Positions 6,895-15,196 of a stretch of 32,000 nt of DNA are shown one piece after another. The stretch lies in assembly GCA_043808785.1 (NCBI GenBank), contig JAZDEL010000008.1, positions 31,284 to 63,283 of the forward strand. Direction: 5' to 3'. The notes under the pieces are model-generated. The model was given only the letters and a program-made list of their open reading frames with translations. It was not told the origin of the DNA and did no database searches. This DNA comes from Candidatus Iainarchaeum sp. (lineage in GTDB: Archaea; Iainarchaeota; Iainarchaeia; Iainarchaeales; JAZDEL01). The number at the start of each line of letters is the position of its first letter. The stretch's first letter is position 1. A program made the position numbers and the translations under genes.

Positions 6895-7137
6895 ATGGTG
6901 CAGGCACTTATAAATCTCGATGAGCGCCTTGACAGGGTGCTCACTATAGTAAAGGGCAAGTACGGCCTGAAAAACAAGTCCGAGGCGGTGAGCCTTATTG
7001 TCGAAAAATTCGAGCAGAACATTCTGGAGCCGGAACTGCGCCCGGAGTATAAGGAGGAACTGCTCAAAATAGACAAGGGCAAATTCAGGCATTACCCAAG
7101 CATTGAGGCGCTGAAAAGGGAGCTTGAAAATGCATGA
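6895..7137 (+). CDS. ribbon-helix-helix-like antitoxin (RelB/CopG-like)
   Basis: N-terminal beta-strand plus helices (ALINLDERLDRVLTIVKGKYGLKNKSEAVSLIVEKF). It overlaps the downstream RelE-like gene by 8 nt. Confidence 0.6.
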   Translation: MVQALINLDERLDRVLTIVKGKYGLKNKSEAVSLIVEKFEQNILEPELRPEYKEELLKIDKGKFRHYPSIEALKRELENA

Positions 7138-7402
7138 TTTCGACATCAGCGAAAAACTGCGCAGAATCCTGAAGAAGCTCTCTAAAAAGGACAGTGTGCG
7201 GCTTCAGGCAACGCTGAAAAAGATGGGGGAAATTCGCGCTGGCGAAAGCACGGAACACTACAAGAACCTTTCGTACGAAATGAAGGAATTCAAAAGGGTT
7301 CACATAGATTCGCATTTTGTGCTGGTCTTCAGGTTCGAAAGGGCAAACAAAAAAATATGGTTTGAAGACCTGCAGCACCACGACACTATTTACAAAAGAT
7401 GA
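7130..7402 (+). CDS. relE: RelE/ParE superfamily toxin
   Basis: About 90 aa with the pattern MHDFDISEKLRRILKKLSKKD...YKNLSYEMKEFKRVHIDSHFVLVFRFERANKKIWFEDLQHHDTIYK, typical of RelE-type mRNA interferases. ATG 7130 overlaps the antitoxin stop (7135-7137). Confidence 0.75.
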   Translation: MHDFDISEKLRRILKKLSKKDSVRLQATLKKMGEIRAGESTEHYKNLSYEMKEFKRVHIDSHFVLVFRFERANKKIWFEDLQHHDTIYKR

Positions 7403-7491
7403 AACGCGTGGCTTTGCCGCATCAGAGGTGCTTCAGCATCTGCCCCATTGCGTAGGGGCGATCCGCGTGCTGCCTACAGCAGCACTGGCCT

Positions 7492-8679
7492 TCACAAGTG
7501 CTTTAACATTTTTTTCATCAGCGCGGGCTTCTTGATGAAGCGTAGCCCTATCTTTGCCTTCATTCCGAGGTCGCCTTCGGCAAGCTTCAGCACTTCATCC
7601 CCCGTGAGGTTGTCCGCGATTGTTTCAAAGTCTTCGTCGGACATTTCCTCGAGCATGAGCCTGCGCTTCAGGCGCCCTTTAAGGTGCGTGCCGCGGGTTT
7701 CGTACCATTTTGAATTGTAAGGCGCGAGGGCTTTCTGCGAGAGGTCCTTCTTTTTCAGCGAATCGGAAATAACATCGGCGGCAATCTGCCCTGCTTCCAT
7801 CACAATGCCCATTCCGCCGCCGTGAATAGGGTCGACCTGGTGCGCCGCGTCCCCCACAACAACCATGTTGTCCATAACCATGTTGTCCAAAAACCCGCCC
7901 ACGGGAATTGCGCCCGCATTTACGATTATTTTAGAGCCGTTCTCAAGGCCCTTGTGCGCTGCGATGAACTTGTCCAAATAATACCTCGCCTTTTTGGTTT
8001 GGTTTCCGCCTATCCCGACCCCAACATTCGCCTCGTGCTTTCCTTTGGGAAACACCCAGCAATAACCCCTAGGGGCTATGTTGTTCCCGAAGAACAGCGT
8101 GATGAGGTCGGGGTCGTCGAAATCTATGCCCGCCATTTCATACTGGAACCCTGAATCAACGTCAACAAGGCTTATTTTCGTGTCCATGCCGAGCATGCGC
8201 GCAATCCTGCTTTCAATTCCGTCGGCAGCGACAATTACCTTTGCGCGGTATTTCACGCTTTCGCCGAAATATTCCGCTGTAACATCGACCATTCCGTCCC
8301 TGCGCTTTGCGTCTATAATCGGGCATTTCACGATTATTTTCGCGCCTTTTTTCGCTGCCCAGCGCGCGAGTTCCTTTTCGAAAATCCTGCGCTCGAGGAC
8401 GTAGCCCGAGGTTTTTTTCGTGCGGAGTTCGACTTTCTTCCCTTTCGGCGTCCAGAGAGCGCCGCCGCGGATTTCGTTCACTGCCCACGCTTTATCGGGC
8501 TTTATGTTCAGGCGGTTGAACCATCCAAGGCCCAGGCCTTCCGCGCAGCGCACCGGCGCGCCGATTTCCTGCAGTTTCTCAAGGCATAAAACGCTTACTC
8601 CCTTCTCCGCGAGCTTCTGGGAGCACATCAGGCCTGCGGGGCCTCCGCCCGCGACAATTACATCGTATTCCTCGACCAT
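7492..8679 (-). CDS. geranylgeranyl reductase family flavoprotein (archaeal lipid saturation)
   Basis: YDVIVAGGGPAGLMCSQKLAEKGVSVLCLEK (FAD Rossmann), RCAEGLG, and GDAAHQVDPIHGGGMG. Start set at ATG 8679 (MVEEYDV...) rather than GTG 8700. Confidence 0.9.
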   Translation of the reverse strand: MVEEYDVIVAGGGPAGLMCSQKLAEKGVSVLCLEKLQEIGAPVRCAEGLGLGWFNRLNIKPDKAWAVNEIRGGALWTPKGKKVELRTKKTSGYVLERRIFEKELARWAAKKGAKIIVKCPIIDAKRRDGMVDVTAEYFGESVKYRAKVIVAADGIESRIARMLGMDTKISLVDVDSGFQYEMAGIDFDDPDLITLFFGNNIAPRGYCWVFPKGKHEANVGVGIGGNQTKKARYYLDKFIAAHKGLENGSKIIVNAGAIPVGGFLDNMVMDNMVVVGDAAHQVDPIHGGGMGIVMEAGQIAADVISDSLKKKDLSQKALAPYNSKWYETRGTHLKGRLKRRLMLEEMSDEDFETIADNLTGDEVLKLAEGDLGMKAKIGLRFIKKPALMKKMLKHL

Positions 8680-8744
8680 CAGAAAGCACCCCTTGCGCAC
8701 AATTCTTCAGCCATGTGTTCACCTTGCGCTTTCGCATCATTTTT

Positions 8745-8936
8745 TCAGCATTGCCTCAACCGCACCCATACCTTCCGCATTGCCTCGACAGGGCAAATGA
8801 GGATGCAGGAGCCGCATTCGATGCATTTTTTAGCGTCGATTTCGATGCGGGTTTCGTTAAGCGTTATCGCCGCCTTCGGGCACACCCCGACACATCCGCC
8901 GCAGTAGCAGCACTTCTTCGGGTCGTTCACAATCAT
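8745..8936 (-). CDS. 2x[4Fe-4S] ferredoxin
   Basis: Two CxxCxxCxxxCP motifs (CCYCGGCVGVCP and CIECGSCILICP). It sits immediately upstream of, and co-directional with, the GGR gene; a GGR with a dedicated adjacent ferredoxin is a known archaeal arrangement. Confidence 0.85.
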   Translation of the reverse strand: MIVNDPKKCCYCGGCVGVCPKAAITLNETRIEIDAKKCIECGSCILICPVEAMRKVWVRLRQC

Positions 8937-9096
8937 TTTCGCGCCTTCAGAATTTTTGGGCGGCTCACAACCATCGTTTCGCCTTCATGAATGGGGGCTG
9001 GTAAATTTTAAAAAGCGGTTTGTTGGCACACACGGCAGATTAGGCTAAGGAAGTTATTTATATGACTGACGCCTATCCTTTATCGGGGCCTTGACA

Positions 9097-9657
9097 ATGC
9101 GCTGGCGCAGAGAGAAAAATCCGCTTCTGGAGGAAGGTGCCTTTAGAAAAGGCGGGTTTTCGGACGCTTTTTTCCTGCATAAAAACGGCTCCGGCGGCAA
9201 ACCTACCGCGTTCATGACGCGTTTGAAAGAACTTTCAATCAAACACGGCGAAGAGCCGGCAGCACTTGCCCAGCAGTACTATGTCGCGGCAAAAGAGGCG
9301 GGGCAACCCTGCCATGGAAGAGAACTTGCGGGGGCATTGTTAATTTCAGTTTTCCGCAAAAATCCCGCATTGCTCCAGGAATGTGCCGGCATCCTGGAAA
9401 AAAGATATTCTCTGAAAAGAAAGGAAGTACACGGCAAGTTTGAATCCCAAAAGGCACTGAGGCTTGAAAATCATTTTGCGCTGGCAGCATCCTATTGCAA
9501 AAAGATTGCAAATTCAAAGATTGAGGCCAAAAAATTCATAGGCATGGCATCAGGGTTTTCCAAACTTATAGGCGCTGAAGAGAAGGTGAAGGAACTGGTG
9601 AGCGACCCTGAATTTGTAGAGCGCATGAAAGCGTATTTTGGGGGCAAATTCAAATGA
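9097..9657 (+). CDS. hypothetical protein
   Basis: Open frame with helical-looking sequence. TATA ttatttatat (9056-9066) lies about 35 nt upstream of ATG 9097 (the track start is TTG 9091). No family recognised. Confidence 0.55.
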   Translation: MRWRREKNPLLEEGAFRKGGFSDAFFLHKNGSGGKPTAFMTRLKELSIKHGEEPAALAQQYYVAAKEAGQPCHGRELAGALLISVFRKNPALLQECAGILEKRYSLKRKEVHGKFESQKALRLENHFALAASYCKKIANSKIEAKKFIGMASGFSKLIGAEEKVKELVSDPEFVERMKAYFGGKFK

Positions 9658-9751
9658 GTTTTACCGCCTCACTCATTTACTGCCTGGAGAACATCCTGAA
9701 GAGACATACAGGCGACTGATTGCTCAGTTCCCGGCGCGGCGCGTAAAAAAC

Positions 9752-9796
9752 AAAAACCCCCGCTGGTTTTTTGCAGGTTGCTGTGCGGGGGTTTTT
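9752..9796. terminator. 12-bp perfect hairpin flanked by T-tracts on both strands (bidirectional terminator candidate)
   Basis: aaaaacccccgc (9752-9763) pairs with gcgggggttttt (9785-9796). The minus strand continues tttttgttttttac; the plus strand continues tttttg. Confidence 0.5.
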
Positions 9797-9873
9797 TGCC
9801 GTGCCGCAAAAAACCGCAACCTTTTTAAAAAGCACCATGTGCTACATAGTAATACCGCTGCGGGGGATGGAGA

Positions 9874-10170
9874 ATGGAGCATGTAAGCATAAAACTCGAA
9901 TCAGGCATTGCGAAGCAGATTGAGAAGGGAATGCGCGAGTTCAATTATACGACCAAAACCGAGTTCATAAGGGACGCGATAAGGGCGAAACTGAAGGAAA
10001 TGGACGGGGAGCGCAAAAAGAATAAGGCGTGGGACGCGCTGTTTGCGGCGAAAGGAATCTTCAAAGGAAAGGGCAGGACGCGGACAGACGAGGAATGGCA
10101 TGCCTGGCGCAAGGAATACGGGGAGCAGCTTGTAAAGGAACTTGCTGAAAAGCACGGGCTTAAGGCTTAA
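9874..10170 (+). CDS. ribbon-helix-helix (CopG/VapB-like) protein
   Basis: MEHVSIKLESGIAKQIEKGMREFNYTTKTEFIRDAIRAKL is a canonical RHH N-terminus. GGAG-type RBS (ggatggagaatggagcATG). TATA ctttttaaaaag at 9821-9832. Confidence 0.8.
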   Translation: MEHVSIKLESGIAKQIEKGMREFNYTTKTEFIRDAIRAKLKEMDGERKKNKAWDALFAAKGIFKGKGRTRTDEEWHAWRKEYGEQLVKELAEKHGLKA

Positions 10171-10583
10171 TCGATTTCCTCGGGCAGGGAGCAATCGGCG
10201 ATTTTTATTTCCCGAAAATGCCAGTCCCTGCACACAAGCACTGCACCGCAATCCCTTGCGATAACCGAATGCAGCACATCGGAAAACGGAAACTCCTTTC
10301 CGGTTTTTTCCCAGAATGAACGTGCCTCGGAAAGCTGCGTTTCGGAATAACCAACCTTCACAATTATATCAATAAATGAGGAAAAAACCTGCCCGACTCT
10401 CTCCGCAGAATAATGGTTCAAAAGCTCCTTTTCGACAATCGGGGAAACGAGCACAATGTGCTTCTCCCTCCTGCACATTTTAAGGAACTGAAACGCAAGG
10501 TCGCCGAGCGGACGGATGCAGTTCTTCCTGTCCTCGAAATAATCGCGCCAGACCGAGGTGTCGAGGTAGAATTTACGCTGCAT
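10167..10583 (-). CDS. vapC: PIN domain nuclease (VapC-like toxin)
   Basis: MQRKFYLDTSVWRDYF... (first acidic residue in LDTS), later acidic residues, 138 aa. Its stop overlaps the RHH gene stop in the tetranucleotide TTAA (10167-10170). Confidence 0.85.
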   Translation of the reverse strand: MQRKFYLDTSVWRDYFEDRKNCIRPLGDLAFQFLKMCRREKHIVLVSPIVEKELLNHYSAERVGQVFSSFIDIIVKVGYSETQLSEARSFWEKTGKEFPFSDVLHSVIARDCGAVLVCRDWHFREIKIADCSLPEEID

Positions 10584-10720
10584 AAATAAGCAAACCTTTG
10601 GCGGGTTTAAAAACTCACGCAGGGTTCATTTCCGGTGCGCGGGTTTTTTGCACAATGCGAACCCGCACGAGAAAAACCAACCAATTTAATTGGTTCGCAG
10701 CAAGGTATTTTTCGGTAAGC

Positions 10721-11974
10721 ATGCACCCGTCGCTTGAGATTGAAGGAAGCGCAAGCAAACGCCTGCGCGGGAAGCGCGTTGTGCTCGCGCTGACGGGCAG
10801 CGTTGCGCTTGTGAAAGGGTTTGAAATCTGCAGGGAACTGATGCGCAGGGGGGCGCAGGTGCAGGTCGTTATGAGCGAAGCCGCACAAAAATTGGTAAGC
10901 GCGGAGATGATGCATTACGCATCGGGGCGTAAACCCATAACGGAAATTACGGGAAGGGTCGAACACGTTGAGTGGTTCGGGAAGAAGGGGAAGGGGGACC
11001 TTTTGCTCATTGCGCCCGCCACTGCAAACACGATAAGCAAAATCGCGCTTGGCATTGATGACACGCCCGTAACCACGTTCGCAACAACCGCGATAGGTTC
11101 CGGAAAACCCGTAATTCTTGTTCCCGCGATGCATGAATCGATGTACAACCACGCAGTGGTAAAAAAGAACCTGAAAACCCTCGCGCGCAGGGGGGTTTTG
11201 GTTATGGAACCATTGGTGCAGGAGGGCAAGGCTAAGCTTGCGGGCGTGGGGGATATAGTGCTTGAGGGCGAGAGGGCGCTGCTGCGCTGCGGAACCTGCC
11301 GCGGAAGGCGCGGCAAACGCGCGGGCTCGCGCGTGAAGGGCACGCTTGAAGGCGCAAAGGTTGTTGTAAGCGCAGGCACGACTTACGAAAGCATCGACCC
11401 CGTGCGCGTGATTGCCACGCGCGCCTCGGGGAAAACGGGTTTGGAAATCGCGAGGGAGGCGTACAGGCGCGGTGCGGAGGTTACTCTTCTGCATAACCAT
11501 AACAGCGCGGAAGCGGGAATAAAACAGGTTACGTTCTCATCCGCGCGGGAAATGAAAAACGCGCTCATGAAGGAACTGAAAGGGGCGGATTATTTTGTTT
11601 CAAGCGCCGCGGTGGGGGATTTCACAATTGCGGGCAAAGGGAGCAAAGAAAAAATAAAATCGGGTTCAGCCCTTACCCTCGCGCTGAAGCCGAACGAGAA
11701 AATAATTTCGGGCGTGCGGAAAAAATTCCCTAAATTGTTCATTGCCGGGTTCAAGGCGGAAACGAACAAAACGAAAAATCAGATGCTCGCAATTTGCAGC
11801 GGGTTCATGCGCACGAACGGCCTGCAGATGGTTGTGGGGAACGATATCGCAAGGGGCGGGATGGGGACGGAAACGAACAGCGTTGTTATCGTCCGCCAGA
11901 ACGCCAAACCCGTGCGGGTTTCGGGGAAAAAGGAAAAAATCGCGGAAAAAATCGTCCTGCAGATGGCGCGCTAG
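10721..11974 (+). CDS. coaBC: bifunctional phosphopantothenoylcysteine decarboxylase / phosphopantothenate-cysteine ligase
   Basis: N-terminal flavoprotein domain (KRVVLALTGSVALVKGFEICRELMRRGAQVQVVMSEAA...APATANTISKIALGIDD). C-terminal DFP/CoaB domain (VSAGTTYESIDPVRVIATRASGKTG...FKAET). Start set at ATG 10721, 28-40 nt downstream of the palindromic TATA ccaatttaattgg (10681-10693); the track start is 10598. Confidence 0.9.
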   Translation: MHPSLEIEGSASKRLRGKRVVLALTGSVALVKGFEICRELMRRGAQVQVVMSEAAQKLVSAEMMHYASGRKPITEITGRVEHVEWFGKKGKGDLLLIAPATANTISKIALGIDDTPVTTFATTAIGSGKPVILVPAMHESMYNHAVVKKNLKTLARRGVLVMEPLVQEGKAKLAGVGDIVLEGERALLRCGTCRGRRGKRAGSRVKGTLEGAKVVVSAGTTYESIDPVRVIATRASGKTGLEIAREAYRRGAEVTLLHNHNSAEAGIKQVTFSSAREMKNALMKELKGADYFVSSAAVGDFTIAGKGSKEKIKSGSALTLALKPNEKIISGVRKKFPKLFIAGFKAETNKTKNQMLAICSGFMRTNGLQMVVGNDIARGGMGTETNSVVIVRQNAKPVRVSGKKEKIAEKIVLQMAR

Positions 11975-12117
11975 AGTTTCTTCGAAACAGGGTAGCCGTC
12001 ATTTATCGTGAAGCTGTGCCTTGCGTCCGCGGTGCACACGAAAACGCCGTCTTTCGCTTCCTTCAGCGGAACGGTGCAGAAGCTTTTGCCGTAGCACTTG
12101 GGGCAGAAATGTCTCAT
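11971..12117 (-). CDS. small Cys-containing ORF, 48 aa (MRHFCPKCYGKSFCTVPLKEAKDGVFVCTADARHSFTINDGYPVSKKL), possible zinc-ribbon-like protein
   Basis: Below the track cut-off. Has a CPxC pair plus two further Cys. A GGTGA-type RBS (aggtgggtgattcccATG, complement of 12118-12134) and TATA atgtttaaatc (complement of 12147-12157) lie upstream. Its stop overlaps the coaBC stop. Confidence 0.4.
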   Translation of the reverse strand: MRHFCPKCYGKSFCTVPLKEAKDGVFVCTADARHSFTINDGYPVSKKL

Positions 12118-12220
12118 GGGAATCACCCACCTATACTCCTGGCGAAGATTTAAACATCCATCGTTGGGGGGTGATGCGGGTTTTTGCGGTTTCGGGCACA
12201 GGGCACGGGTTTTCCGTTGC

Positions 12221-13423
12221 TCAGCCCTTCAGCACTTCCAGGCCCGGCAGTTTTTCGCCGGAGAGGTATTCGAGCAGCGCCTTTCCCGCGAGGGAGACGA
12301 AATCGAAATCGGAGGGGAGCAGGCCTATTGCAGACAAGGCCTTTTCGGTGTCCCCGCCCCCCACGATGCTGAAGGTGCGCGAGAACGCAACTGCCTCAAG
12401 AACCTTCTGCGTGCCTATGCCGAACTGCTTCTCCTCGTATTTCCCCATGGGGCCGTTGAATATCACGAGGCTGCTTGCGCGGATTTTCGCCTTGAACTGC
12501 CCGTATGTCTGCTTGCCTATGTCGAATGTGCTCAATGTCGAGGGAAGTGCGGAAAGCGGTATTTCCCTGCGTTTGCCCTTTTCGGAAACCGCGAAATCAA
12601 CGGGGAGGGAAATTTTCCTGCCGAACTTGTCGAGGATTTTCTTTGCCTTCGGCTTCAGTTCGGAAAACCCGTTCCCCTCGAAAAACTTGTCCTTCTCCCC
12701 CAGCCTCACGCCGCGCGCCCAGAGGAAAAGTTCGCCGAAAATGCCGCCAAGAACTGCCTCATCCGCCCTTTTGGTTTCGAGCATTTTCTCGAGCACCGCA
12801 ATGCTGTCCTTCGGCTTCGCCCCGCCCAGGACAAGGAGGCGTTTGCCCTTTGCCGCATTGAGGCCGGAAAGGGCTTCGAGTTCCTTCAGGAGATAGCAGC
12901 CGGCGTAGCAGGGCATGCGCTTTGAAAAGCCGACAACTGTTGCATGCTGGCGGTGGCAGATGCTCAGCGCGTCCTGCACGAACAAATCGCCGAGGGGCGC
13001 GAGTTCGGAAATCAATTTTCCTTTCGCGTGCTCAGCAGCGGTTTTCTCCTCCATCTCCTCCTCCCTGAAGCGCACGTTCTCGAGGAGCAAAACCTGCCCG
13101 TCCTGCATTTTTTTTATTTCCGATGCATAATCCGAATCCCATGTGCAGAATTTTACCTCGCGGCTCAGGAGCTTCGCAAGCTTCTCCCCGTGCCTTTTCA
13201 GGGAGATGAACCCCTCTTCGCCGGGGCGCGCCTGGTGCGAGAGGACAACGGTTTTTGCGCCCTCCTCCGAGAGGTAGTAAATGGTTTTCGCGTGCTCCCT
13301 TATCCTCGCGCCCATAAGCACGCGCCCCTCGACAACGGGGCTGTTCAGGTCAACGCGGAGGAAAACGGTTTTGCCTTTTACGTTCACGTCGTAAATCGAT
13401 TTGCAGCCGAGAACCGAGGGCAT
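12221..13423 (-). CDS. pgk: phosphoglycerate kinase
   Basis: KTVFLRVDLNSPV at the N-terminus, GGAKPKDSI, and GGGDT near the C-terminus; 400 aa. Confidence 0.95.
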   Translation of the reverse strand: MPSVLGCKSIYDVNVKGKTVFLRVDLNSPVVEGRVLMGARIREHAKTIYYLSEEGAKTVVLSHQARPGEEGFISLKRHGEKLAKLLSREVKFCTWDSDYASEIKKMQDGQVLLLENVRFREEEMEEKTAAEHAKGKLISELAPLGDLFVQDALSICHRQHATVVGFSKRMPCYAGCYLLKELEALSGLNAAKGKRLLVLGGAKPKDSIAVLEKMLETKRADEAVLGGIFGELFLWARGVRLGEKDKFFEGNGFSELKPKAKKILDKFGRKISLPVDFAVSEKGKRREIPLSALPSTLSTFDIGKQTYGQFKAKIRASSLVIFNGPMGKYEEKQFGIGTQKVLEAVAFSRTFSIVGGGDTEKALSAIGLLPSDFDFVSLAGKALLEYLSGEKLPGLEVLKG

Positions 13424-13446
13424 GAAAACACCGACAGAATTTAGTG

Positions 13447-13468
13447 GGGAAGGGTTAAATATATAACC
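13447..13468. promoter_or_regulatory. TATA-box palindrome gggaagGGTTAAATATATAACC upstream of pgk
   Basis: Centre lies about 37 nt upstream of the pgk ATG (13423). It is an identical 22-mer to 15185-15206. Confidence 0.5.
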
Positions 13469-13479
13469 ACGCGCATGGA

Positions 13480-13791
13480 TTATTCGACAGCCTGTTTGCC
13501 ATGCACAGCCCTAAGGTTCTGGTTCTTCTTTATTGCATCTAACACCTTCTTGCTCCGCATAGCCACAATCCTGCGCTCTATTGCGCTTGGCGCATCCCTA
13601 AATCCTTTGGCACGCTGGATAGCCAAGGCAACATCTCCCGGTCCAAGGCCCGCTTCCTTCGCATACTCAAGGCTTTTCTCCAGACGGGCGACGACATTCC
13701 GTGTATTTTTTAATCCCTTAGATTTGCTCGCAACTCCATAATCTGGCCTGCGAATTGAAGGCAGCCCGAGGAGCGCAAGTTTTTGCTCCAA
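13480..13791 (-). CDS. hypothetical protein (TTG start)
   Basis: 103-aa frame, 23 nt downstream of the HExxH gene and co-directional with it. The antisense ORF 13475..13741(+) looks less protein-like. No family recognised. Confidence 0.45.
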   Translation of the reverse strand: MEQKLALLGLPSIRRPDYGVASKSKGLKNTRNVVARLEKSLEYAKEAGLGPGDVALAIQRAKGFRDAPSAIERRIVAMRSKKVLDAIKKNQNLRAVHGKQAVE

Positions 13792-13814
13792 GAAACTGGT
13801 GGTTTTTGCCGGGT

Positions 13815-14351
13815 TCAGTTTTTCCCTTCACTAATTGAACTGATTAGTTCGGACAGCATCAAGCCGCTTATGCGCTCGCGTGAACCAATGCTCCCGCGCA
13901 CCATTGAGGTCGTGAGATGTGCCTCTTCGTGCCTTATCGTTTTTTTAGCAGAACAGTTAAAAAGCAAGTTTATCCCGACAACGCCGACGCCGGGAAGAAA
14001 AACTGCCTCGCTTGTGCCATATGACTTCCAAACCCAAATAGGCCGCTCTGAAATCACGGCTATGTTGACTCCCAATGGGCTGCTTTGTTTGGCTATTTTG
14101 AACTTCACACGATTAAGCACTTCGGGAGAGCCTGTGAGGCTGTATTGACTGGCCCATTTTCTCAGTTTACTGATAAGCGCCTGCTTAGCTTCGGGGTTTT
14201 TCCAGCATTCAAGGAATTTACGCTTGCCCGCAAGCAGAACTCGGGTTCGCTCCAGCGCATCCAGCCCCCCGATGCGCGCGCCGCTTCCAAACCCTGCTTT
14301 GCGCAATTGGGCAGTGTATTCAGATTTTGACTTTGAAACTCTCGGCGCCAT
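13815..14351 (-). CDS. hypothetical protein with HExxH motif (putative minimal metallopeptidase-like)
   Basis: HEEAH is encoded by the complement of 13917-13931 (checked: cac gaa gag gca cat), in the context AKKTIRHEEAHLTTS. Start set at ATG 14351 (the track start is TTG 14360). TATA cattttaatatt (complement of roughly 14379-14393). Confidence 0.5.
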   Translation of the reverse strand: MAPRVSKSKSEYTAQLRKAGFGSGARIGGLDALERTRVLLAGKRKFLECWKNPEAKQALISKLRKWASQYSLTGSPEVLNRVKFKIAKQSSPLGVNIAVISERPIWVWKSYGTSEAVFLPGVGVVGINLLFNCSAKKTIRHEEAHLTTSMVRGSIGSRERISGLMLSELISSISEGKN

Positions 14352-14529
14352 TGCTCTCAATTAATACAACGGCAAGGCAATATTAAAATGCTTGCCTTAG
14401 CGCACGGTTCCCATAAGCGCGAAGCGGGAAAACCGCGGAACCCGCCCTCTGCGGCGTGTTTTGGCATTTCCTACAAGTAAGAAAGTCTTATATATTAGAA
14501 CGCACGCATTTATTGCAGGAGGTGAATCT

Positions 14530-14796
14530 ATGCAGGCTTCTGTCGAAACAACAAAAATGTCAACAAAGGGGCAGGTGATAATCCCGAAAAGGGCAAGGGA
14601 GTTCACTGGCAGCGGGAAGGAAACCATATTCACTGTTTTTCCCTTTGACAAGGACACCATAGTGCTGAGAAAGCTGGACGCGGAGAAACTGGTCAAGGAG
14701 TTCAGGCAGCTCAGGGCGAAAGTAAGGGGCAAGGTTCCGGAAGCGGAGGTGTGCGGGATTGTCGGCAAGGCAAGGCGCGGAACGGGTTGTAATTGA
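14530..14796 (+). CDS. vapB: AbrB/SpoVT-family antitoxin (VapB-like)
   Basis: STKGQVIIPKRAREF is the AbrB/SpoVT swapped-hairpin motif. RBS GGAGGTGA (14517-14524). TATA cttatatatt (about 14487-14497). The track start 14461 is an over-extension. Confidence 0.8.
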   Translation: MQASVETTKMSTKGQVIIPKRAREFTGSGKETIFTVFPFDKDTIVLRKLDAEKLVKEFRQLRAKVRGKVPEAEVCGIVGKARRGTGCN

Positions 14797-15196
14797 CACC
14801 AACATAGCGGTGTCCGCGCTTATCGCAAAGGAGGGCGCGCCTGCAAAGGTATTCGAGAAACTCATCCGCAGGGAAATCGAGAATTACACTTCAAAGGAGA
14901 TAATATCCGAACTGAAGGAAGTGCTGAAAAGGAAGGAAATCGCCGAAAGGACGAGCGGAAAGGCGAGGAAGTTCATCCTGAGGGAGTACCTGAATAATTC
15001 AATGAGGGTCGCGGCAAAGCGCGGGGTGCACGCTGCGGCGCACGATGCGGACAACAGGTTCCTTGAGGCTGCGCTGGCTGCGGGGGCGAAATATATAATT
15101 ACGGGCGACAGCCATCTGCTGGAACTGCGCGAATTTGGGGGCGCGAAAATATTGAGGGCGAAGGAATTTCTGGAAACATCGGCAGGGAAGGGTTAA
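14759..15196 (+). CDS. vapC: PIN domain toxin (PIN_3/TIGR00305-like)
   Basis: RVVIDTNIAVSALI...SKEIISELKEVLKRKE...DADNRFLEAALAAGAKYIITGDSHLLEL. Has a TTG start and overlaps the antitoxin gene by 38 nt. Confidence 0.85.
   Translation: MSARQGAERVVIDTNIAVSALIAKEGAPAKVFEKLIRREIENYTSKEIISELKEVLKRKEIAERTSGKARKFILREYLNNSMRVAAKRGVHAAAHDADNRFLEAALAAGAKYIITGDSHLLELREFGGAKILRAKEFLETSAGKG

Noticed and set aside
9638-9886. 82-aa plus-strand ORF between the hypothetical gene and the RHH gene.
   Set aside because: It spans the terminator hairpin and the promoter of the RHH gene and overlaps both neighbours. Its translation is not protein-like.
10607-11500. 297-aa minus-strand ORF, plus 10915..11379(-), 12021..12896(+), 12098..12925(+), 15562..16341(-), 16403..16813(+) and 16817..17371(+).
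   Set aside because: These are antisense shadows of coaBC, pgk, the cupin PGI gene and gap, all of which carry unambiguous family signatures on the other strand.
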